A stretch of DNA of 63,251 nt, counting the filler, from Reclinomonas americana ATCC 50394 (lineage: Eukaryota), in the NCBI GenBank assembly GCA_048213135.1. It is 7 parts of 2 records of this genome, joined end to end, with 100 filler letters (N's around TTAATTAATTAA, not from the genome) between each part and the next. Parts side by side here need not be neighbours in the genome. Positions count along the whole stretch, not along the records: positions 21,716 to 26,796 come from PS015085.1; positions 26,897 to 32,903 come from PS015086.1; positions 33,004 to 46,151 come from PS015086.1; 4 more parts are not named here. The stretch is one strand, 5' to 3'. Below are positions 22,440 to 34,800 of this stretch, piece by piece. The notes below the pieces were generated by a model. The model was not told where the DNA came from and did no database searches. It saw nothing but the letters and a program-made list of their open reading frames with translations. The translations under genes were made by a program, and so were the position numbers. Numbering within the stretch: the stretch's first letter is position 1; the number at the start of each line of letters is the position of its first letter.

Positions 22440-23455
22440 GACGACGCAGATGCATACNNNNNNNNNNNNNNNNNNNNNNNNNNNNNNNNNNNNNNNNNNN
22501 NNNNNNNNNNNNNNNNNNNNNNNNNNNNNNNNNNNNNNNNNNNNNNNNNNNNNNNNNNNNNNNNNNNNNNNNNNNNNNNNNNNNNNNNNNNNNNNNNNNN
22601 NNNNNNNNNNNNNNNNNNNNNNNNNNNNNNNNNNNNNNNNNNNNNNNNNNNNNNNNNNNNNNNNNNNNNNNNNNNAACCGTAGCCAGCAGGGCCCGCAGT
22701 GGAGGGGTTGACCTGAGGGAGAGATGAAAGGGAGAAGGAGGAGAGAGAGTGAGGGGGAGGAGGAGAGGGACGGTGAGTGAGTGAGTGAGAGAGAGAGGAG
22801 GGGGGGGGATGAGTGAGTGAGTGAGTGAGTGAGTGAGTGTGTGAGAGTGAGAGTGTGTGCGTGTGCGTGTGAGTGTGTGTGTGTGTGAGTGAGTGCGAGT
22901 GTGTGTATGTGTGTGTGAGAGAGTGTGTGTGTGAGTGAGTGTGAGAGAGAGAGAGAGAGTGAGTGAGTGCGAGTGTGTGTATGTGTGTGTGAGTGTGTGC
23001 GTGTGTGAGTGAGTGTGAGTGAGTGAGTGTGAGTGAGTGAGTGAGTGTGTGTGTGTGAGTGAGTGTGTGAAAGAGAGAGAGAGTGTGTGTGAGTGAGTGA
23101 GTGTGTGAGTGCGAGTGAGTGATGATCAGTGTCAGAGGATACGTATGAAAAGGCATGTAAACAGTGAGCGTAAGGCGAGTAAAAACACAAGCGGAACCAG
23201 AGCGGACCCGGTCACGATCTCAATCTCTTCTCTCACTCACTCACTCTTTCTCTCTCACACACACTCACCTGCACACTCAGTCCTTGCCTCGCCTGTAACT
23301 GTTGCTGTTGTTGATACTGTACACACACAAACAAACAAAGAGAGAGTCAGTCATCTGTCACACGCACACACAGTCTCTGTTGTTACACTCACTTGCGCCA
23401 ACATTGCCTGTGCTTGCGCCTCCAACTGTGCGCTGGAGACACTGGCCGCACTCAT
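13563..23455 (-). CDS. Large multi-exon protein: Q/P-rich N-terminus, PH domain, Clu (clustered mitochondria) domain, Clu-central region, TPR repeats, G/P/Y-rich C-terminus
   Basis: ATG 23455 (MSAASVSSAQLEAQAQ). PH-like LEKYSPGMFASWHRRYV...LDDWLTSL (~20660-21080). Clu motifs DWNAVYQ, FPLRTSIDFKGFRVEATAELP, AEGHHGADGRYY, RLRREF, MHKSGINMRYLG. TPR-like GPSHPLLADMHLEVA and LGDTHRVTATVYDLLG. Spliced through to ...GRVRSRF-TAA at 13563. Spans gaps. Confidence 0.82.
17357..17740. repeat. Intronic tandem duplication (~180-nt unit, 2-3 copies)
   Basis: cacacaatctcagtccagcgtcgtaaccttctttcctgcaatagttc recurs at ~17392, ~17562 and degenerately at ~17694. Confidence 0.85.
21616..21715. other. Artificial contig spacer N44-TTAATTAATTAA-N44 (also at 26841, 32948, 46196, 56686, 61286)
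   Basis: Identical 12-mer with stops in all six frames, centred in a 100-nt N block six times. Confidence 0.97.
22774..23120. repeat. (GAGT)n/(GT)n microsatellite field; further (GA)n tracts at 7581-7607, 8619-8655, 25171-25254 and 56579-56641
   Basis: Directly visible simple repeats, all intronic, many abutting assembly gaps. Confidence 0.95.
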
Positions 23456-23556
23456 TGCACGCACACAGATAGAGAGAGAGAGTAGAAAACAGGGCCGTCC
23501 CGAATTCGCCAACGGACCGGGTGTCCTGTTGTGGCGTCGTGCGAGAAAAGATCATA
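23456..23556. promoter_or_regulatory. Putative bidirectional promoter (Clu gene / rlmN)
   Basis: Divergent ATGs only 101 nt apart. Confidence 0.55.
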
Positions 23557-24091
23557 ATGCGGTGTCTGGTGGGAGCCGGACGCGAGGTGTTTTCCGGCGG
23601 AACGGCGTCGCTGCCCAAGTTCCGCGCGGCGCAGTTGTGGTCGGCGGTGTATAGGCAGGGGTGAGTGGCAAAGGGAAAGGGAAAGGGAGAGAGAGTGAAC
23701 GAGGCAAAGAGGGAGGGAGGNNNNNNNNNNNNNNNNNNNNAGAGAGAGAGAGAGAGATGCAAACAGAGAGGCATGGAAGAGAGCGGGAGATGCAGAGAGA
23801 TACAAATGAGAGAGAGAGAGAGGCAAAGAATGTGTTTGTGAGAGAGAGAGAGAGAGAGAGAGACGCAAGAGGGAGATTAGGAGAGAGGTGCAAAGGAGAG
23901 ACATGCCAGGGAGAGAAGCGATGCAAGACAGAGGGGAGAGAGAGAGAGAGACTGAGTGAGAGTGCAAGAGAGGCAAAGAGAGTGCATGTGTGCGTGACGC
24001 AAGAGGGAGAGCAAGAGAGATGAAAGGAGACATGCAAGAGAGCGGGAGATGCAAGAGGAAGTACACACAGACACACACTCACACACTCACA

Positions 24092-24132
<41 letters not shown>

Positions 24133-25166
24133 GGAGAGACAGAGCTCTCTCTCTCTCTCTTTGTTCTCATCACAGTTTCTCTCGCTCCCTCTCTCTCCTG
24201 CTATTCTCCTCTCTCTCACACACACACGCGCAAGAGACAAGGCGATCGAGATGAGCGCTGCAAACAAGGACTTTCCTTCAAACACGCCAAGGTCATCGTT
24301 CATTCACTCTTTCCTCTCCTCTCTCTCTCGCAGTGCCGAGACTTTTGACGAGATCACCACCCTCTCATCAAGCGTGCGACACACGCTCGCCCGCGACTAC
24401 ACGCTCACCCCGAGCGTGCAAATCGTGCGCGACACACTCGCGGCCGACGGGTGTCGCAAGCTGCTGCTGGAGCTGGGCGCGCCTCTGACTGCCTCCTCCT
24501 CCCCCACAAGTGAGAGCGAGTTGAGCAGCGAGAAGCAGGCGGTGGGCAGCAAGGCGTCGGCGCGCGTGGAGACGGTGTTTATTCCGGAGTTGGATCGCGG
24601 CACTGTGTGTGTGTCGAGTCAGGCCGGGTGCTCGTTGGCGTGCACGTTTTGCCACACGGGAACGCAGCCGCTGAAGCGGAATCTGACGGCGGCGGAGATC
24701 GTGCAGCAGGTGTTTGTTATGCGGAGGTTGTTAGGCGATTATCCGGTGAGTTGCTTTTTGGGGGGAAGGGGGCAAGGGGGTTATGCACTTTCTCCTTGTG
24801 TTCTGCTGCATGGAGACTCTTCTTCGTTGTTTCTTCCAAGGCGCAATTCCAGTGTGTGAATGTTTCATCGTTCTTGTCTCCATCTTTTTGCAGCTGCGTA
24901 TTGCTTTCTCGTTCCTGCTTCCCTTCCTCGATGTCAATCTCTGACGTACGCTCTCTTCTTCGACGCCTCACCCACAGCTGCGAGGATATGCTGAGCGAGT
25001 CATCTCAAACATTGTGTTCATGGGAGAGGTGAGCCGCTCACATGGTGTGTAATTCGTCGCTTTTCTCACACGTGCCACAGGGAGAACCACTGTACAATTG
25101 GCGAAACGTGGCCGAGGCTTGTGAGATTCTGGTGGCCACAGACGGCATGGTGCGTTTGCCATGCAT

Positions 25167-25255
<89 letters not shown>

Positions 25256-27556
25256 GACGAGACGACGACGACGACNNNNNNNNNNNNNNNNNNNNNNNNN
25301 NNNNNNNNNNNNNNNNNNNNNNNNNNNNNNNNNNNNNNNNNNNNNNNNNNNNNNNNNNNNNNNNNNNNNNNNNNNNNNNNNNNNNNNNNNNNNNNNNNNN
25401 NNNNNNNNNNNNNNNNNNNNNNNNNNNNNNNNNNNNNNNNNNNNNNNNNNNNNNNNNNNNNNNNNNNNNNNNNNNNNNNNNNNNNNNNNNNNNNNNNNNN
25501 NNNNNNNNNNNNNNNNNNNNNNNNNNNNNNNNNNNNNNNNNNNNNNNNNNNNNNNNNNNNNNNNNNNNNNNNNNNNNNNNNNNNNNNNNNNNNNNNNNNN
25601 NNNNNNNNNNNNNNNNNNNNNNNNNNNNNNNNNNNNNNNNNNNNNNNNNNNNNNNNNNNNNNNNNNNNNNNNNNNNNNNNNNNNNNNNNNNNNNNNNNNN
25701 NNNNNNNNNNNNNNNNNNNNNNNNNNNNNNNNNNNNNNNNNNNNNNNNNNNNNNNNNNNNNNNNNNNNNNNNNNNNNNNNNNNNNNNNNNNNNNNNNNNN
25801 NNNNNNNNNNNNNNNNNNNNNNNNNNNNNNNNNNNNNNNNNNNNNNNNNNNNNNNNNNNNNNNNNNNNNNNNNNNNNNNNNNNNNNNNNNNNNNNNNNNN
25901 NNNNNNNNNNNNNNNNNNNNNNNNNNNNNNNNNNNNNNNNNNNNNNNNNNNNNNNNNNNNNNNNNNNNNNNNNNNNNNNNNNNNNNNNNNNNNNNNNNNN
26001 NNNNNNNNNNNNNNNNNNNNNNNNNNNNNNNNNNNNNNNNNNNNNNNNNNNNNNNNNNNNNNNNNNNNNNNNNNNNNNNNNNNNNNNNNNNNNNNNNNNN
26101 NNNNNNNNNNNNNNNNNNNNNNNNNNNNNNNNNNNNNNNNNNNNNNNNNNNNNNNNNNNNNNNNNNNNNNNNNNNNNNNNNNNNNNNNNNNNNNNNNNNN
26201 NNNNNNNNNNNNNNNNNNNNNNNNNNNNNNNNNNNNNNNNNNNNNNNNNNNNNNNNNNNNNNNNNNNAGAAGAAGAAGAAGAAGAAGAAGAAGGAGAAGG
26301 AGAAGGAGAAGAGGGAGGAGGAGGAGGAGGAGAAGGAGGAGGATAAACAGGAGAAGGAGGAGCAAGGAATATTTGAAGAAGAAGAAGAAGAGGGAGGGGG
26401 AGACGAAGAGGCACGGGAGAAGCCAGAGAAGGAAGAAAGAAGAGGAGGAGGAGAAGGAGGGGATGATGATGATAATGATTACGAAGTGCTCGATGGAGCA
26501 CGAGACCATGAATAACATGAAGATATAGAGAAGAGAGAAAACGCGATCACGATGGACAGGGGAAGGAGAACAACAACAAACAACGACTGAGCACAAGAAC
26601 ATCAATACTCAGTAGAAAAGACGGAGAAGAACAAATAACAGGATCAAGATTGACAACAGGAGGGAGTGGAGGAGTGCACTCACCAATGCGGGGAATGGCA
26701 GGCGCTACTCCAGATGTTGATATCGTCACCTTTCGCTTTGAAAAATCCTGCTCGTGGCACGTGAGCGCGACTCCACTCTCTCTCTCTCTCTCTCTCNNNN
26801 NNNNNNNNNNNNNNNNNNNNNNNNNNNNNNNNNNNNNNNNTTAATTAATTAANNNNNNNNNNNNNNNNNNNNNNNNNNNNNNNNNNNNNNNNNNNNTTTG
26901 CCTCTTCTTATCTTTGCCTCTGCTCACCTCTTTGCAGCCAAACTCGGCGTCCAGCTCGCCCTCAGCCTCCACGCACCCAACGACGAACTGCGCTCCCGCA
27001 TCATGTCCATTAACAAGACCGTTGCGCTCCCCCCGCCCCTTCCAGCTGCTGACTTCCTGCTTTCCTCATCGTCCCCTCCACCCGCAGTACGACATTGCCA
27101 CGGTGATGGCGGCATGCGAGCAGTATGCACGCGACTCGGGCGGCCGGCGCGTGACCATGGAGTACGTGATGCTGAAAGACATCAACGACTCGGTGCCGCT
27201 GGCCCGCGAGCTCGTCGCCTTGTTGCGCCGCCACAAGTTCGAGTCCATGGTCAACCTCATTCCGTTCAACCCGTGGCCAGGCTCCGACTATGGGCGCACG
27301 TCCGACGAACAGATTGAAGCGTTTGCGTCGGTGGTGCGCGAGGCCGGCATCGTGGCCACGGTGCGGCACTCGCGGGGCCTCGACATCCTCGCTGGTGCGT
27401 TCTGTGTGTGTTTTCTTGTCCTCACATTCATCGGGGTCACATGAACTGACCGGCACCTCGCTTGCTGCAGCATGTGGCACACTCAAATCGGCCGCCGCCG
27501 GCCTCCTCGGGGCCAAGGAGCCAGCCGGCACCGCTGCAGCCGCCGCATGTAGATGA
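23557..27556 (+). CDS. rlmN: RlmN/Cfr-family radical SAM RNA methyltransferase (multi-exon; one exon lies inverted at 26684-26747)
   Basis: [37 protein letters not shown] (CxxxCxxC), [25 protein letters not shown] (inverted exon), [41 protein letters not shown]. Confidence 0.93.
26684..26747 (-). CDS. RlmN internal exon ([21 protein letters not shown]) on a mis-oriented contig
   Basis: Bounded by a CAG acceptor and GTGAGT donor on the minus strand. Its phases (0 in, 1 out) fit exactly between plus-strand exons ...DGM| and |(G)CC-AAA-CTC (A-K-L-G-V-Q). Confidence 0.85.
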
Positions 27557-27590
27557 CATCATTAATAACAGATACACTTGGAAAATAACA

Positions 27591-30145
27591 TTAGAATCTC
27601 CTCGCATTCCGCTCGACCAGCAGCGGTTGCTGCAGAGCAACACGAGGATTGCTGCCCAGTGTCGACATCTCGTAGGATCCACGATCCGTATCGGCGCTCT
27701 CCGAATGCAGATCGTCGGTCGCCACAGGCACAAGCTTGTTGGCGCTGTGCGAGCCTTGGCGCTTCGTTGAGGAATTCGGTCGCTGGTGCAGCAGTACCAC
27801 AAAGGCGATGGCGGCGATGAGGCCGACCACGTCCTGCGTGACGGAAGAGTGAGAGCGGGTCATAGACGCGCCACGATCCGTTTGCGAGGATCACGAAATC
27901 ACAGATCACCACATCACACAAAGAGGAACAACCCTCCCGCACCACTCACCAACACCAGCCACATGCCCTCCGCCATGAACGTGATCTTCATGTCGAGATA
28001 GAAGACCAGCGCTTGAATGACAAATAATAGGCTGAGCACGACGATGAGCGAGCACACCACCGAGGCCTGCGGAAACACAAGGCAATGAGAAGAGAGCATA
28101 TCCGCGCACACAACGTTTCCGTCACCAACACAGACCTTGACAAAGGCCCTTGTTAGCGCCTCGTTCTTGGCCGTCAGTGCACTGCGCCGTCGCAGGCAGC
28201 AAATGTAGAACGGCACCACGGTGGTCAGCACCAAGCAAATCACCACTGTCGCCGATCCAGTCGCAATACCGGCCCAGAAGAGCGCAAAGCACGGGCCGAC
28301 CATCGACAAGTAATAAATCTGCGGATCGTACTCCACTCGACACAGTGTGCCGGCAATGTAGAGGCCGCGCAACACGAGCGTCGCCACTGCGCACAAAATG
28401 TGCAGCGCAAACGCCGTCACCAGCACCCACGACAACGTCGACGACGGCCAGCACGAATCCGAGACGCGCGGCCGTTGCATCACCGTGTGCAATCGCAGCA
28501 CAATCAACACCCAGTGCAGTAATTGTACAGAGAGAAAGACGCTGCGAGTTGGAGGGCAGAGGGATGAGCGAGCGATAACAGAAAGTGCGTGTGCGCGCGC
28601 GTGCAATGCACGCAACTGTGTGGTGATAATGTACACGAGACTGGAGTTGACGAAACGCTCAAACTGTACGAGATTGCTGGGAATGAGGTACGTTTGCACC
28701 ATCGAGAACACCGAGGAGATGCTAAAGGCCAGCCGCGAAGCTTGCAAGAGCCAGTAGATGATGATGGTTCTGGAGAGGGAGCATGATGAGGGTGAAGTTG
28801 TCATGATTCTCCTCCATGCGAGAGAAACGGAGGCAGTGACACAGATTGAAAATCTGTCTCTCTCATTCTCTCCTATTCTCGTTGTGTACGTGCAAGAGAA
28901 GCAGTCTTCACGAACGACTGCCACTTCTCGTAGCGAAGAGAGAAACTGCCTGAGAAAAAATCTCTGTCTCTAACACTTCCTCTCTCACCCATACTCTCTT
29001 GTTGTGTGCGACCGTAAGCATAAGACAGGCAGTGAGCTTTCATAACGACGGCCACTCTACACTCAGAGAAAGAGAGATAAAAGGAAATACTGTCCGTGAC
29101 AGAGATTGAAACTCAGTCACTCTCTCGCTCTCCTCCATGCTCTCTCAGTCTCGTTGTGAGCGACCGTGAGTACCAGCGAAGCAATGAGCCATCGCGAACG
29201 AGTGCCACGCTATGCTCAGAGGAAAGAGAGAAAAGGAGAAACAAAGTCCGTGACAGAGATTGAAACTCAGTCACCTTCTCGCTCTCCTCCATACTCTCTC
29301 CCACACTCTCTCAATCTCATTGTGAGCGACCGTGAGTATCAGCAAAGCAGTGAACCTCCGTGTACAACCAGCACTCTATGCTCAGAGGAAAGAGAGAAAC
29401 GGAAGAAACAAAGTCAGTGACAAAGATTGAAACTCTGTCACACACACTCTCTCTCTCCTCCACGCCCTCTCGCTCTCATTGTGTGTGACCGCTAGCGTGG
29501 GTACAAGACAGGCAGTGAGCCTTTGCGAACGAGTGCCACGCTATGCTCAGAGAAAAGAGAGAAACAGACATGAACATAGACTGAAACTCTGACACTCACA
29601 CTCTCACTCTCTCCTCCACACTCTCTCACTCTCTCACTCTCGCTGTGTACAACCGTGAGTCAATAAGCCTTCATGTCACTCCCTGCTCTGCGATCAGTGA
29701 GAAAACGGATCACACAGATAGACTGAATCTCTGTCACTCCCTCTCCTCCACACTCACTCACTCACTCTCGTTGTGGTACACATGTGCGAGAGAACAAGCG
29801 CACACACAGGACTCTGCGTGCACTTCTTCCCACATGCAGCAACTGCGCGTGAGAGAGACTCTCACAAACACACACACTCTCGCTCTCTTCCCTCTCTTCT
29901 CTCTCTCTCTTAGTGTGATCACCTTTTCCTGGCCTTCCGCCTCTGCGGAAACGCACACAACAAGTGATACACAAACGAGATCAACATGATCACCGCCGCC
30001 AAGATGCTGAGCACTGCATGCACCACGCAGTACTGCTCCAACTGATGCAGCACACAGAGAGAAAGAGTGAGTGAGAGACTGGGAGAGAGAGAGAGAGAGA
30101 AGGAGATAACAAGGGGAGCATACACGCAACGAGGGAGCACTTCAT
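27591..30145 (-). CDS. Orphan multi-pass (about 7 TM, GPCR-like topology) membrane protein
   Basis: Spliced model MKCSL|LEQYCVVHAVLSILAAVIMLISFVYHLL..., TIIIYWLLQ.., LHWVLIVL.., WVLVTAFALHILCAVATLVL, FALFWAGIATGSATVVICLVL, VVCSLIVVLSLLFVIQALVFY, VVGLIAAIAFVVLL, then a polar S/T-rich tail. Exact exon boundaries uncertain. Confidence 0.6.
28830..29720. repeat. Intronic degenerate tandem repeat (~150-170 nt unit)
   Basis: gtgacagagattgaaactc and ctatgctcagaggaaagagag motifs recur several times. Confidence 0.8.
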
Positions 30146-30253
30146 AGTCGTCAATGCGCGCGCAGCAACGCGGAAAATTGGTTGTCCTCTCCCGCCCTCT
30201 CCCGCCCTCTCCCGCCTTCTCTCTTTTTACAGAAGCGCATTAACGCCGACACC

Positions 30254-31745
30254 ATGACTTCGCCTTCCCCTCTCTTCTTCTGCATGCGTATCACGCTGGA
30301 GCGCGTGAATCGACTGCAACTGTCCTTTGACAAGCTGAAGAGCGCCGCTGATGAATGGTGGCGCGCGGTCGATGAATGGTACCGGTGGCGCGCGCTCGAT
30401 CGCGAGAGCCGCGAGCGCATGGAATCCCAACGGCAACAGATCACGCTTAACTGGAGCTTTTTAGAACGCGAATCCCGAGAGCTCTGTGCGCCCTCTGCAG
30501 CGGTGCAAAGTCTTGCAGTCGCCCACGATGATATGGAAGTTGTCAGTGGCAGCTGCACAGACGGAGTAGTACTTCGAGTGTGGTCGCTGGCGAGTGGTGA
30601 AGAGCGAAGCTCCTTCTTCAATGGGCACTGGTCGATGGTGGCCTCTGTCGTCGTCACACGTGACTCTCAGTACGTGGTTAGTGGAAGGTATGACACAACA
30701 GTGCGTGTGCAGTCACTTGCGAGTGGTGCGGAGGTGCGCCGATTGGAGGGTCACACTGGCATGGTGATGTCAGTCGCCGTCACTCCCGATGGTCTGCATG
30801 TCGTGAGCGGGAGTAGTGATAGCACAGTACGTGTGTGGTCGCTGGCGAGTGGAGAACAAGTGCGTCGGCTGGAGGGACACAGCGACACAGTACAGTCTNN
30901 NNNNNNNNNNNNNNNNNNNNNNNNNNNNNNNNNNNNNNNNNNNNNNNNNNNNNNNNNNNNNNNNNNNNNNNNNNNNNNNNNNNNNNNNNNNNNNNNNNNN
31001 NNNNNNNNNNNNNNNNNNNNNNNNNNNNNNNNNNNNNNNNNNNNNNNNNNNNNNNNNNNNNNNNNNNNNNNNNGTCGCCGTCACTCCCGACAGTCAGCAC
31101 ATCGTGAGTGGTGGTTGGGACAGCACCGTGCGGGTGTGGTCGTTGACCAGTGGAGAGGTGGTGCGACAACTGGAGGGACACACTGGCATTGTCGAGTCTG
31201 TGGCTGTCACTCCCGATGGTCGGTTCATAGTGAGTGGCGGCGATGACAGGACAGTGCGAGTGTGGTCGCTGGCGAGAGGAATGCAAGTGCGACAGGTTCA
31301 AGGGGCACAAAGGTTGGGTCTTGTGTGTCGCCATCACCCCTGACGGCCAACACGTCGTGAGNNNNNNNNNNNNNNNNNNNNCGGCGGTGCAGACAAGACG
31401 GTACGAGTGTGGTCACTCGACCGTGGTCACGAAGTGCGACGGCTGGAGGGGCACACGAATTACGTAAGATCTGTGGCCATCACTTCCGACGGTCAGCACA
31501 TCGTGAGCGGTAGTGAGGACGAGACGATTCGAGTGTGGTCGACGTTGTACGGTCTTGCCAGTCGAGAACTGCACCGAGCGCGGAAGGCCTCGATGACGGT
31601 GTGCGAGATGATGCCAGAGGCAGATGTCGATCCACTGGCGGAACCTCCACGCTGCCTGGCAGAGATCGTGCTGCGCTGCTTCATCGTCGAAGAGGCCGAG
31701 GTCTTGTTGCGCCGATACCTCGGTGATCCGACCCTGCGCCTTTAA
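30254..31745 (+). CDS. Dispersed sixth paralogue of the WD40 + conserved-tail family, with N-terminal helical extension; apparent +1 frameshift near 31293 (pseudogene or sequence error)
   Basis: Same repeat consensus and tail RCLAEIVLRCFIVEEAEVLLRRYLGDPTLRL. Reading shifts at CGACAGGTTCAAGGGGCACAAA (FKGHKGWV is in another frame). Two N-gaps inside. Confidence 0.85.
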
Positions 31746-31801
31746 CCGAATGTAAATGTAGACGGTAGCTAACCACAGACCATCTACATGCATTTGACTG
31801 T

Positions 31802-34800
31802 TCAGCGTCGACGTCTACCACTTCCACCGCGACTGCCTCGGCCTCCACGCGCTCGCGGTGGTTGCCTCCTTGCTGCTGCTGGTGGTGGTGGCGGCGGCGG
31901 CGGTTGATCTTCGTCCTCATCCTCATCCTCATCTTCGCCTTCGTCGTCCTCCTCGTCGTCATCGTCGCCTTCCATCATTTGCAAAATGTCGTCGAGCGAT
32001 AGCGGGTTGCCCTCGGCGTCCACAAATTCACCTCCGTCATCATCGTCGTCGTCGTCGTCGTCATCGCCATCCTCATCCTCACCACCATCGTCGTCATCGT
32101 CGTCCTCTTGCTCATTTAGCACACGATCGTACTCGTCGGCATCGACGAGGTCCGGCCAGCCATCGCCTGGTGCCACCTCTAATTCTCCGTCGCCCTCCTC
32201 CTCTCCGCCCTCTTCCTCTTCCTCTTCCTCGGCCNNNNNNNNNNNNNNNNNNNNGGCAACACGCAGTGTGCCGCGATGTGGGCGACGACGCGTACATGCT
32301 CCCCACCGACAAAATTCGCGTGCTGGACGCCATTGACTATTCACTGATTCACATGGTGGAGATGGGCCGCTCGGTGCACCACATGGCCATGCACAAGACG
32401 GACGACTTTCAGATGGCGGTGGTTGAGGCCTCGCGTGAGCGGCACTCGCGAGCGCGTGTGCGTCTGTATGAGATTGGCCGGCGAGGGTATCACGAAGCCG
32501 ATCACTTTGTGGACGACATGGACGAGTACGACGACGATGACGATCAGGGCAATGGCACCGACAGTTCGGACGAGTTGCGCGCACTGTGGGCCGAGAATCA
32601 AAGGGGTGATGATTGTGATACTTATGGTGTGTGTGTGTGTGTGTGCAGCGGCGACGATGACGACGACGATGATGATGACGGCGGCGACTTGGACGACGCC
32701 GACATTCGCGAGCTGTTTGGTGATGACTTTATGCATCTCGACGATGTTGCCGAGATGCCCGACGATGACGAGGACGGCGACGGAGTCGACATCAACGCGG
32801 AGGATTTGCTGCGTGCGTTGCTGGGCCGCAGATTAGACTTTGTGGAGGGCGACGAGGCGGAGATTGTGGGAGAAGGCGATGATGACGAAGACGAAGGAGA
32901 GGANNNNNNNNNNNNNNNNNNNNNNNNNNNNNNNNNNNNNNNNNNNNTTAATTAATTAANNNNNNNNNNNNNNNNNNNNNNNNNNNNNNNNNNNNNNNNN
33001 NNNCGAATCTCGGTTTGCGCCACCACAGCGGCGCGTTCCCACCGTCGCAGCACGGGATCTGCGGACGAGCAAAAAGACCACGTCAAGCTCCGCATTTCAT
33101 CGTTTCCTGGCGTCGCACTCACCTGTGGCGTCGCCCATGGTAATATCGGCCGAAGACGGGACCATTTTGCGACTCGGCACGACCATGTTCTCGGCTCGCA
33201 CCACGTTCATCACGTGCAACGCCCACGATCGCAAGTCGCCGACAATCCGCGACTCGGTCGCCGAAAACTGCCCAACGTCCTCCACCGACATGTTTGAGAG
33301 CTGAAAGAGCGGTGAGACACTACGCAATGCAAGAAATGGAGAAGGAAAGAGTAGGGGAAAGAGACGAGGATGTACCATGTCGGTGATCAACTTGGGCACT
33401 TGAAGCTGCATGAGAATTTGACGAATGGTGTCGTCGGCGGCCATTGCAAGCAGACACTGCGCATGCAGCACAACAGCAGCAAGTTGGTCCCCCTGAGGCA
33501 GTGACAACGAGACCAACNNNNNNNNNNNNNNNNNNNNAGCATGACACACCTTGACAGCCTCGACTTGCGCTTGCAGCACATACAGCGATGGCTCTGCACA
33601 CTGTAGCACGGACAGCAGAGTGCGAATGCCATTGTGTTGACGGAATGCGGAGAAGACTGTGCGATCCATGTCCTGTGTGCCAAACAACAAAGGGTGTCAT
33701 TGATGAAAACTGGCAAGGCAAAGGGAGACTTGTGGCGTACCGTCAGTCGACGCTTGTACGACGGCGCAGCTGGGGCCGGATACACAGGTGACGAGTCAGC
33801 GGAGAGCGCGGCACGAGACGATGCGGCGGCAGCGGTCGGCGCCTCTTGAACCTGCAAAACAAGTCGTCACAGCCTCGAACGAGAAACATGATGGACAAAA
33901 GAAAAAGGCGTGTTACCAGTTGGGATCCAGGAGGTGCTATCAAAAATGTGAGCGCGACCAACGCTGCATGCAGCAACTCGTCGCCATTCTCGATCTCCGT
34001 CACACCCTCGGCATTGATGCAGCTGAGCACGAATTCCAGACCTGGGGAGGGGAACCAACAGAACAAATGAGAAGCACAGAAAAAAGAAGGAAAATACGGA
34101 ATAGGGCCGGTGTGTACCAGTCTGGCCACTGTCCAACGTGGTCATGGTCATCACTTCGCGGAAGCGTGCTGAGAACAACAGGAGAGCCATAATGCGGAGA
34201 GCGACCACGAGGCGCGCATCAGTGCCGATTCTGTTCAACGAGTGAGCCACTGTCAGCACAAGCGTCAGGTTGCCGCGGGCGTCCAGGGATGAGACCAGAT
34301 TCCAGTGTCGCAGAGTGGCAAGCACCGCTGGACCCAGGTAGGATAAGGACGCGTCAAATGAGGGCGCATGGCGGAAGAACAAACGACTGCGTCTGCTTCT
34401 TACCGCGAGTTTGCGACGCGAACGCAAGTAATCTGTGCTGTGTGCGAAGTCGCACGTCGATCGATGCCACTGGCGCGTACCGCGGAGTCGGGCGTGTGGG
34501 CAGCGGAGTAACCGTCGCGCCCGACTGTTGCGCAAACCCTGCAGACGTGGACAAATGTAGGTATTCCGGCATCGCTTACAATCAAGAATCACAGCATCCT
34601 CCGACAAACCATTGCACAGACACACATGTGCAAAGCGCACGTAGCAGTACATGTCAAACGCATCCAGTGCACTGTCCTGGAATTCATCGCTGCTGTCACG
34701 CATCAGACTGAGGCGCAGCAACTCTACGAATTCACCAAATGAGCTTCACCACGCGCAACAGCGACGTACAGGGACAACGGTCGCTCACCCACAAGAACGT

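Noticed and set aside
6991-27556. Bacterial contamination or operon suggested by gcvPB and rlmN
   Set aside because: Both genes have many spliceosomal introns with consistent phases and are interleaved with eukaryote-specific genes.
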